From Gemmatimonadota bacterium (lineage in GTDB: Bacteria; Gemmatimonadota; Gemmatimonadetes; Gemmatimonadales; GWC2-71-9): a stretch of 64,000 nt of DNA. Position 1 is the first letter of the stretch. The number at the start of each line of letters is the position of its first letter. Shown in pieces: positions 44,994 through 51,996 of this stretch. The notes under the pieces are model-generated. The model did not search any database. It was not told the origin of the DNA and saw nothing but the letters and a program-made list of their open reading frames with translations. The translations under genes were made by a program, and so were the position numbers. The stretch lies in contig JBDTTF010000181.1 of NCBI GenBank assembly GCA_039930765.1, positions 29,307 to 93,306 of the forward strand. The letters run 5' to 3'.

Positions 44994-46609
44994 TCGGGTC
45001 CGCCCAGCGTATCCAGGTTGGCCCGGGCCAGCTGGTGGGCCGGATTGAGTTCAAGGGTACGCTGCCACGCCTCGCGGGCCCGCTCGCGATCGCGCCGTTT
45101 GTAGGCAATGTTGCCGAGCTTGAAGTGCAGGTCGTCGCCCAGCTCGGGGCTGAGCTTGGCCGCCCGTTCGTAGGCCTCGAACGCCTCATCGTACATCCCG
45201 GCGCGGTAAGCCAGGTCGCCGAGATTCTTGGAGACCTGCGGCAGCGACGGATCCTCGGCCAGGGCGGCCTTGAGCAGCACCGCGGCACCGTCGAGGTCTC
45301 CGACCAGTTCCAGCAGGGCCGCGAGATTGTTGCGCAGCACCGGGTTGGCCGGATACGCCTCGATCGATTCGCGGCCCAGCGCCAGGGCCGGCTCGATCTC
45401 GCCATTGCCGGCGGCCGCGAGCATCGCGGCCCAGTACCAGAGGGCCGGCGGGGTGCGCTCCCCCAGCAGTTCCCTGGCCCGGGCCAGCCGGCCCTGTGCC
45501 ACGGCCGGATCCTGCCGCTTCAGCGCTGCCACTCCCCAGGCGATCATCGGCCGGATGTCGTCGCGCGCCTTGCTGGCCGCTTCTCCATACAGCTGCTCCG
45601 CTTCGGCAATCCGGCCCAGCTGTTCGAGGGCAAAGGCCAGGTTGTGCAGCACCGCCGGGCGGGCCCCGGGCTGCCCCTGCGCTTCCTTCAGCACCTCCAC
45701 CGCGTCCGACCACCGGGCCTGCCGCAGCGCGATCAGGCCCAGGTAGAACGCCGAACTGGGGTCAGCGGCCCGGAGCTCTGCCACCCGGCGAAATTCGCGC
45801 TGCGCCTCGTCCAGCATTCCGGTCTTGTAGAACGCGATGCCCAGGTTCTGGTGCTCCATGACCCGGGCATCGGTGGCGCGCGGCTCGGTCTTGGCCACCG
45901 AGGTGCCGGTGCGCTTCACGAAACCGGCAGTGATCAGGCCGTACAGGGCCTTGCCGACCTCGAACTCCACCAGACCCGACTCCTCCACCAGCTGGTGGAC
46001 ATCGCGGCGCCCGTCCATCAGGGCCAGTAGCCGGACCTGGCTCGATGACAGTTCGGCATCCGACCCTTCTACCCGCAGCTTGTCGGCCTCAAAGATCAGA
46101 TCGAACGACGGCAGCTTCTTCTCGATCAGGCTCCACTCATCGATCCGGCGGGCCCCTTCGAGCAGCAGCGATTCCGGATTGATGGCGACCAGGAAATCCT
46201 GCTGCTCCGGTCGCATCCCGGCTTCAAAATTGAAAGTGCCGGAGGTCCAGGTAAACAGGAAATAGACCGCCTCCTCGATCTGGAGGCGCATGTACTCCTC
46301 CAGATCGTCGCGGGCGATGACACCCATACCGAGGAGGATCTGGCCCAGCTTCTTGTCGCGGCGATCGGCCTGCTGGCGGATGGCGTCGTCAAGCTGGTCG
46401 ACCGTGATCCGGCCATTCTTGACCAGCAGGTCGCCGATCCGGTCGCGGCGGTTGACGATGCTGGCGTAGCTGATCCGCCCCTGGTCGAAGAAGATGTAGC
46501 CGAAGTTCTGCCGGTCGGCGACCGCCAGGCAGCCGCTCTTCTTGCCCAGCGCCAGGAGCTGGAGCACGTCGGGGAGGCTGGCCTCCTTGAGACTTCCCTT
46601 GATCGCCAT
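44990..46609 (-). CDS. PATAN/DUF4388 domain + TPR protein (paralog 1)
   Basis: 539 aa. The N-terminus MAIKGSLKEASLPDVLQLLALGKKSGCLAVADRQNFGYIFFDQGRISYA matches the DUF4388 pattern. It is followed by LG.IL...G.I helical repeats and a C-terminal TPR array. Confidence 0.75.
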   Translation of the reverse strand: MAIKGSLKEASLPDVLQLLALGKKSGCLAVADRQNFGYIFFDQGRISYASIVNRRDRIGDLLVKNGRITVDQLDDAIRQQADRRDKKLGQILLGMGVIARDDLEEYMRLQIEEAVYFLFTWTSGTFNFEAGMRPEQQDFLVAINPESLLLEGARRIDEWSLIEKKLPSFDLIFEADKLRVEGSDAELSSSQVRLLALMDGRRDVHQLVEESGLVEFEVGKALYGLITAGFVKRTGTSVAKTEPRATDARVMEHQNLGIAFYKTGMLDEAQREFRRVAELRAADPSSAFYLGLIALRQARWSDAVEVLKEAQGQPGARPAVLHNLAFALEQLGRIAEAEQLYGEAASKARDDIRPMIAWGVAALKRQDPAVAQGRLARARELLGERTPPALWYWAAMLAAAGNGEIEPALALGRESIEAYPANPVLRNNLAALLELVGDLDGAAVLLKAALAEDPSLPQVSKNLGDLAYRAGMYDEAFEAYERAAKLSPELGDDLHFKLGNIAYKRRDRERAREAWQRTLELNPAHQLARANLDTLGGPE

Positions 46610-46610
46610 A

Positions 46611-48575
46611 TCAGCGCGGGTCCTCGATCAGGCGATCGGCTGGATCGGGCCAGTCCCAGACCACCTTTTCCCGGCTCTTGATCGAGGCCAGCGGCGAAAT
46701 CACTCCGCTTGCCCGGCCCGCGGTTGACCGGCGAGCCGGAGCGGCGGGCGCCCCTTCAAGCACCCGGCGCGCCAGCCCGGCGGTCGGGGCCAGCTGCTGG
46801 GTTTCCGCTGCGTTGAGCACCCGCTGCACCAGCCCCTGCAGCGCCCGGACCGAATCGACCGCCCGGCCGGCCAGGTAGCTGGCCAGCGGTTCCAGTTCCG
46901 CCGGATCGAGCTGGGCCGGCAGCAGTTTGCGGACGATACCGAACCGGACATCGCGATCCGGAGCGGGCAGTTCAACCACCAGCCCGCCTTCGAGCCTGGT
47001 AATCAGGCGGGCGTCGATGCCCTTGAGCTGGTCCAGCGGCACGGCGCAGGTGAACACCAGCTGGCGGCTGCCCTCGGCCATCAGGTTGAACAGCCAGAAC
47101 AACTCCTCCTGCGAGCGCTCCCGGCCGGCCAGCAACTGCACGTCATCGAGCAGCAGCGCGGTCGCCCGGCGATAACGTGACCGCCACCAGTTGACCCGGT
47201 CCTTCTCGATGGCCTTGATCAGGTCGTCAATGAAATCGGCGGTACCGAGGCAGGCGACGATCGAACCAGGCGCGCGGGCCAGTTCATTGCCCAGGGCCTG
47301 CAGCAGGTGCGTCTTGCCCACACCGGGCTGGCCAACGATCACCAGCGGATTGTACGCCGTGCCCGGCTTGTCGATGATTTCGCGAACCGCACGCAGGGCG
47401 ATCCGGGTCCCGACTCCTTCGGCGAAATCCGACAGGCTGAAGTGCGGACTTGGTGCCGGTGGCGGAAGGGTGCCCTGCCGGGCAGCCTCGACCCGGGCCT
47501 GGGCCTCCGCAACGCTATCGGGATCGCGAAAGATCGAATTGCCGGCCAGGGCAGGATCAAGTTCGGACGCCTCAACCTCGAGCAGCCGGAGCTGTTCGAC
47601 GTCGGCCAGGAACTCGCGCAGCACGGCATCGGGATCGACGGGCGTGTCCTGGTTGAGCAGGGTGGTCAGTCGATGCACCCGGTACCCTTCACCCTCCCAG
47701 CTTTGCAGCGCCTCCGCCACCCGGGTGCGCCAGACCTCGACTTGCTGATTGACCGCCTGGGTGACCTCGGAAAGGAACGAGCTGAATTCATCTCCGGTGG
47801 CGCGCAGCGGCGGCAGCCCGCCACTCGGTGCGCCGGACTCGCCGGCCTGACTGCGACCCTTCTGTCCCAGCACCGCCAGGGCGCCCGCCGCGTCGAGCGG
47901 GCTATCGCTCACGGCCTGAAACGCGATCAGCCGGTTGAGTGCGCCGATCAATTCCCTGACACTGCCATGGCCGAGCCCCGCCACGGTGTCGAGCACCGAC
48001 GGATCGAGCACGGCGCCCCGTTCCTCGGCCTGGCGGCGGAGAATGGCCACCCGGGTCTCGAATTCCGGCGCGGCGATATCGATGACCAGCCCGCCGGCAA
48101 ATCGCTGGATCAGCCGCTCATCCAGCGATTCGATTTCCGAGGGCGCGCGGTCACTGGTCAGCACGATCTGGCGTCCCGCCACCAGCATGGCATTGACCAC
48201 CCGCAGCAACTCGGCCTGCATCTCGCGCCGGTGGGTGAGAAACTGGACGTCATCGAGCAGCAGCAGGTCGATCTCGGTGAACCGGCGGCGGTAGGCATCG
48301 CCCTGGCCAGCGGCCACCGCGGCATGAAAAGCCTCGACGAAATCATCCAGGGTGAGATATTCCACCCGGAGCTGCGGATTGATCGCGGTGGCGGCATGCC
48401 CGATGGCCATCTGCAGGTGGGTCTTGCCGAGCCCCGAGCCGCCGTAGATGAAGAGCGGGTTGTAGACCGCACCGGGGGACTCGCTGACGGCCCGGCCGGC
48501 GGTGGCCGCCAGCCGATTGGCCGCACCCACCACGAAGCTCTCGAACCGGTACCGGGGATTGAGCGGCAGGGTCAC
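46611..48575 (-). CDS. Tandem DnaA-type AAA+ ATPase (two complete DnaA domain-III-like modules, no domain I or IV)
   Basis: 654 aa with a GTG start overlapping the mglA stop (GTGA). Module 1 has [43 protein letters not shown] and [11 protein letters not shown]. Module 2 has [38 protein letters not shown] and [11 protein letters not shown]. No helix-turn-helix DnaA C-terminal domain is visible. Confidence 0.8.
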   Translation of the reverse strand: MTLPLNPRYRFESFVVGAANRLAATAGRAVSESPGAVYNPLFIYGGSGLGKTHLQMAIGHAATAINPQLRVEYLTLDDFVEAFHAAVAAGQGDAYRRRFTEIDLLLLDDVQFLTHRREMQAELLRVVNAMLVAGRQIVLTSDRAPSEIESLDERLIQRFAGGLVIDIAAPEFETRVAILRRQAEERGAVLDPSVLDTVAGLGHGSVRELIGALNRLIAFQAVSDSPLDAAGALAVLGQKGRSQAGESGAPSGGLPPLRATGDEFSSFLSEVTQAVNQQVEVWRTRVAEALQSWEGEGYRVHRLTTLLNQDTPVDPDAVLREFLADVEQLRLLEVEASELDPALAGNSIFRDPDSVAEAQARVEAARQGTLPPPAPSPHFSLSDFAEGVGTRIALRAVREIIDKPGTAYNPLVIVGQPGVGKTHLLQALGNELARAPGSIVACLGTADFIDDLIKAIEKDRVNWWRSRYRRATALLLDDVQLLAGRERSQEELFWLFNLMAEGSRQLVFTCAVPLDQLKGIDARLITRLEGGLVVELPAPDRDVRFGIVRKLLPAQLDPAELEPLASYLAGRAVDSVRALQGLVQRVLNAAETQQLAPTAGLARRVLEGAPAAPARRSTAGRASGVISPLASIKSREKVVWDWPDPADRLIEDPR

Positions 48576-49174
48576 CCGATCGATCCCCCGGCCGCCAGCC
48601 GCTTGAGGACCAGTTCCGAAATGGCCCGCAGGGTCTCGAACACGCCGCTGCCCCGGATCGCATCGGCGCCGAAGCTCCTGAGCTCGCGGAAGTTCAGCAT
48701 CTCGTCGAGGTCCTGCGGATTCAGGATCAGGTCGCGCGGCAGGTCCTGCTTGTTGTACTGCAGCACAATCGGGAAATGGCGGACGTCGATGCCCTGCTGC
48801 AGCAGATTCTGCTGCAGGTTCTGCAGGCTTTCGAGGTTGTCATCCTGGCGCCGGGCCTGGCTGTCGGCCACGAAGACCACCCCGTCAGTGCCCTGGAGGA
48901 CCAGCCGGCGGGTGGCGTTGTAGTACACCTGGCCCGGTACGGTGTAGAGCTGGAACCGGGTGGTGAACCCGGAGATGACCCCGAGATCAAGCGGCAGGAA
49001 ATCGAAGAACAGGGTGCGGTCTGTCTGGGTAGCCAGCGAGACCATCCGTCCCCGCCGGCTCTCCGGCACCCGGCCGTAGATGTAGTGGAGGTTGGTGGTC
49101 TTGCCCGATCGCCCGGGACCGTAGTACACGATCTTGCAGGTGATTTCGCGGGTGGTGAAGTTCACGAGCGACAT
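48572..49174 (-). CDS. mglA: Ras-like small GTPase MglA
   Basis: Trimmed to ATG 49174. [33 protein letters not shown]...[11 protein letters not shown]...YTVPGQVYY...QYNKQDLP aligns along its whole length with Myxococcus MglA, including the P-loop, the intrinsic Arg, the catalytic Gln and the NKxD motif. Confidence 0.9.
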   Translation of the reverse strand: MSLVNFTTREITCKIVYYGPGRSGKTTNLHYIYGRVPESRRGRMVSLATQTDRTLFFDFLPLDLGVISGFTTRFQLYTVPGQVYYNATRRLVLQGTDGVVFVADSQARRQDDNLESLQNLQQNLLQQGIDVRHFPIVLQYNKQDLPRDLILNPQDLDEMLNFRELRSFGADAIRGSGVFETLRAISELVLKRLAAGGSIG

Positions 49175-49178
49175 CAGG

Positions 49179-49640
49179 TCACCGTCCGAAGAGCGTGCGC
49201 AAGCTGGCATTCAGCTCGCGCTCGAAATCGATGGCCAGCACCTGGCGGGGTGGCTCGGCCACCGGGGCAGCCGCAGCCAGTTGCTCGACCATCCGTTCGA
49301 AGAAGAATTGCACGACTCCCAGCTTGGTTTCGGTTCCGAAGACCACCAGGCCGATCCAGTTGGCCCGCGGCATCGGGATCTGGGCCAGCAGGTGTGACTG
49401 CCGCATGCCCTGGTGGACCAGGATCCGGAACTGGGGCCAGCCCATCAGTACGGTCAGCTCCTGCGACGACGCCATGATGCCGGCGCCCAGGGCCGCCGCC
49501 GACATGACGTCGAGTGAGCGGGCAAAGCCGTGTTGCGCCACGACCTGCCCTGAGCCGGTCATGATGAGGGTCAGTCGCGGCGCCGCATCATCGACGAACC
49601 CACGCAGCGGACCCTCAACCCAGCCCTCGATCGTCCTCAT
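49179..49640 (-). CDS. mglB: MglB-like Roadblock/LC7 protein (probable MglA GAP)
   Basis: Trimmed to ATG 49640 ([10 protein letters not shown]...). The core [16 protein letters not shown]...[17 protein letters not shown]...[18 protein letters not shown] parallels Myxococcus MglB. The gene lies 4 nt upstream of mglA. Confidence 0.75.
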   Translation of the reverse strand: MRTIEGWVEGPLRGFVDDAAPRLTLIMTGSGQVVAQHGFARSLDVMSAAALGAGIMASSQELTVLMGWPQFRILVHQGMRQSHLLAQIPMPRANWIGLVVFGTETKLGVVQFFFERMVEQLAAAAPVAEPPRQVLAIDFERELNASLRTLFGR

Positions 49641-49987
49641 CAGGCGACCTGCTCCGCGGCCCGCAGCAACTCCAGCCGGGCCAGCCCGACCGGGGTCTGG
49701 GGGCCGGTGACGATGGCCAGCAGCATGTCCCCGGGTACCCTGGCAATCAGGATACTGCCCTTCTCGGCATGCATCTGCAGGCAGCGGAGATTGCCCCGCC
49801 CCAGCACTTCGCTGAGTGCGGTCACGTGGTCGGCGAGATTGGCGGCCAGCGCGGCAACCCCGGCGCTCTGGATGTCCTCTGCCAACGCCTCGGTGATGAC
49901 CACACCGTCGCTGGCGGAGAGCAGCACGGCGCCGCGGACTCCGCGGATCCGGACCAGCGGCTCGAGAATGGCTTGCAGATCGGGCAT
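49640..49987 (-). CDS. Roadblock/LC7 domain protein (MglB paralog, MglC-like)
   Basis: 115 aa. IRGVRGAVLLSASDGVVITEAL...AALAANL...GSILIARVPGDMLLAIVTGPQTPVGLARLEL is a typical RLC7 pattern. It has 1-nt overlaps on both sides. Confidence 0.75.
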   Translation of the reverse strand: MPDLQAILEPLVRIRGVRGAVLLSASDGVVITEALAEDIQSAGVAALAANLADHVTALSEVLGRGNLRCLQMHAEKGSILIARVPGDMLLAIVTGPQTPVGLARLELLRAAEQVA

Positions 49988-50853
49988 CAGCCGAGCGCTT
50001 CCAGCCAGGCCCGGGCACCGCGAGCCGAACGCTCGGCCATCAGGGTGATCTGGCCGATCGGCACCTCGCGCTCCTGCACTTCGAGCAGGATGGTCTCGGC
50101 AGTCGGTGCCAGCAGGCAGGCGTGCATCCCGTCGCTCTCGATGACCAGCGACCGCCAGGCCCCGAGGCCGACCCGGTCGGCGGTGCGATGGGCTTCGTGG
50201 ACCACCCCTTCCGATTCCGACGCGGCCCGTTCGGTGACATCCTCACCGGTCCAGGTTTCCAGCTTGCCCGCCATGCTCAGGCCGCCACTCCCGATCAGCA
50301 GCCGATGACCGCTCTGCGACCCGGCCGCGCCGAATGGAGTGACCGGACCGCTGGGCGCGGGAGCGGCGGCAGCCGCAGTGGCCGTGGCGATCGCTGACGC
50401 GAATGCATCGACCGGCGGCGCTGCCGCACTCGGCGCGGTCCCGCGTTCCTCGTCCAGCAATTCACGCAGGCGGATAATCGCCGCGTGGAGTCCCTCATCG
50501 CCGGGGGATTCTCGCCAGGCCGCCTCGAGGTGCACCAGCGCCTGGCCGTGGTCAGCGGCCTGGTAGTAGAGGAAGCCGAGCCCCTTGAGCGCGCCCAGGT
50601 GGGTGGGATCGAGCCGGAGCGCCATGTCCCACTCGTCAAAGGCCCGCTGGAAATCCTGGCGGTCCGCCAGGATCCTGGCATACTGGTCGTGGGCGGCGGG
50701 CAGGTGCGGATAGCGGCTGAGACCGTTGACCACGACCTTCTCCGCAACTTCCACCTGCCCTTTGCGGCGCAGTGCCTCCGCCAGGTCGAGAAAGGCCAGG
50801 CTCGAGGGGTCCGACGCGACTTCCGCCGTCAGCGCCCGAATGTCCTCATTCAT
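49987..50853 (-). CDS. TPR + C-terminal Roadblock/LC7-like fusion protein
   Basis: Trimmed to ATG 50853 (MNEDIRALTAEV...). It has N-terminal TPR units, an Ala/Pro linker, then an RLC7-like region at the C-terminus (HRLLIGSGGLSMAGK...WRSLVIESDGMHACLLAP...LLEVQEREVPIGQITL). Confidence 0.6.
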   Translation of the reverse strand: MNEDIRALTAEVASDPSSLAFLDLAEALRRKGQVEVAEKVVVNGLSRYPHLPAAHDQYARILADRQDFQRAFDEWDMALRLDPTHLGALKGLGFLYYQAADHGQALVHLEAAWRESPGDEGLHAAIIRLRELLDEERGTAPSAAAPPVDAFASAIATATAAAAAPAPSGPVTPFGAAGSQSGHRLLIGSGGLSMAGKLETWTGEDVTERAASESEGVVHEAHRTADRVGLGAWRSLVIESDGMHACLLAPTAETILLEVQEREVPIGQITLMAERSARGARAWLEALG

Positions 50854-51994
50854 GTGCGCTCCGCAGAACCTGGTCGAGGGAGATGGTGGCCTGACGTACC
50901 TGATCCAGCCCTGGGGCCTGTGACTCTTCTTCCGGCGGCTTCGGTGCGTGTCCGAACCAGCGGTCGAAGACCTCGGTGGCCTCACGAAACCTGCCCACGG
51001 CAGCCAGGGCGTAACCGAGGTAGCGGAGCGGCACGGCCGTGGTGGTGTCCAGTTCGGCCGACCGCCAGAGGGCATCGACGGCTTCCTCGTACCGGCGGGC
51101 CGCCAGCAGGGCGCGGCCGTAGACCAGCGAGGCCAGCGCCTGGTGTTCGTGAGCCGCGACCGCCGACTCGGCCGCGGCCAGCGCTGCGCTCACGTCGCCG
51201 GCCACGAGGTGGGCCTCGGCCTCTCCGATCTGGAAGGTCAGGCCGCCAGCGGTCGGAGACGCCAGCCTGCGCGAGGCGGGATCTTCAAGGAGAATAATCC
51301 CGGCACTGGCGAGCCCGAAGAGGGTTTTGGCCACGTCGAACTCGGGCCGGCCGAGGGCCGAGGCCAGGGCCCGCACATCGCCGGTGCCGTCGACCACACC
51401 GAGCAGCTCCCACTCATTGGGCAGCAGGTCCAGCGATCCGGCGCTGTCGGAGGCCGGGGCAAAAACCGGAATGATCCCGAGATTCGGAATCCGCTTCTCG
51501 ATCCGGGACCATTCGTCGATTCGCCGGGCCGCCTCCATGAGCAGGAAGCCGACTGGAGTCCGGATCAGCGCTTCGGCCGGCGCCTCGGAGACCGGCCGGT
51601 CCTGAAAAGAGAAATATCCCTCGGACCAGCTCATCAGCTCGAACACCACCTCTTCCGACTGCCGGCGGACCTGGCGGGTCAACTCTCGCTCCGAGATGGC
51701 GCCGATCCCGACCAGGATTTCCCCCAGCCGCCGGGGATCACCGCTCTGCTGCATGGCCCGGGTCCGCATCAGGTCGGCTTCCGCAATCTTGCCAGCCCGC
51801 ACCAGGATGGTGCCGAGCGGATGGGGATTGCTGTCGATCACCGCACCGATGACGCTGCCGTTCTCGAACCAGACCGTGCCCTGATTCTGCCGCAGCTCCG
51901 AGGTGACCTTGAGCACTCCCGTCTTCTGGCTCAGGTCGAGGAGCTGGAACACGTCGTGGATGCCCAGCTCCTTGAGCGGCCCCTCGATGGCCAT
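50846..51994 (-). CDS. PATAN/DUF4388 domain + TPR protein (paralog 2)
   Basis: Trimmed to ATG 51994. MAIEGPLKELGIHDVFQLLDLSQKTGVLKVTSELRQNQGTVWFENGSVIGA matches DUF4388. It has the same middle region as paralog 1 (RRIDEWSRIEKRIP versus RRIDEWSLIEKKLP) and C-terminal TPR units. Confidence 0.75.
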   Translation of the reverse strand: MAIEGPLKELGIHDVFQLLDLSQKTGVLKVTSELRQNQGTVWFENGSVIGAVIDSNPHPLGTILVRAGKIAEADLMRTRAMQQSGDPRRLGEILVGIGAISERELTRQVRRQSEEVVFELMSWSEGYFSFQDRPVSEAPAEALIRTPVGFLLMEAARRIDEWSRIEKRIPNLGIIPVFAPASDSAGSLDLLPNEWELLGVVDGTGDVRALASALGRPEFDVAKTLFGLASAGIILLEDPASRRLASPTAGGLTFQIGEAEAHLVAGDVSAALAAAESAVAAHEHQALASLVYGRALLAARRYEEAVDALWRSAELDTTTAVPLRYLGYALAAVGRFREATEVFDRWFGHAPKPPEEESQAPGLDQVRQATISLDQVLRSAHE

Positions 51995-51996
51995 GG

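Noticed and set aside
46611-48575. Interpreting the DnaA-like gene as the replication initiator dnaA, and the region as oriC
   Set aside because: It has two ATPase modules but no domain I or DNA-binding domain IV. It has no dnaN, recF or gyrB neighbours, and I saw no AT-rich unwinding element or cluster of TTATCCACA-like boxes nearby. It is embedded by overlaps in the mglA operon.
47307-48923. 538-aa plus-strand ORF, and similar ones at 53656-55329, 55290-56708, 38388-39686 and 30437-31777
   Set aside because: All lie antisense to well-supported minus-strand genes (AAA+/mglA, TPR/cheC, cheA, TPR, mraY). They show no motifs and a skewed Arg/Gly/Pro/His composition.
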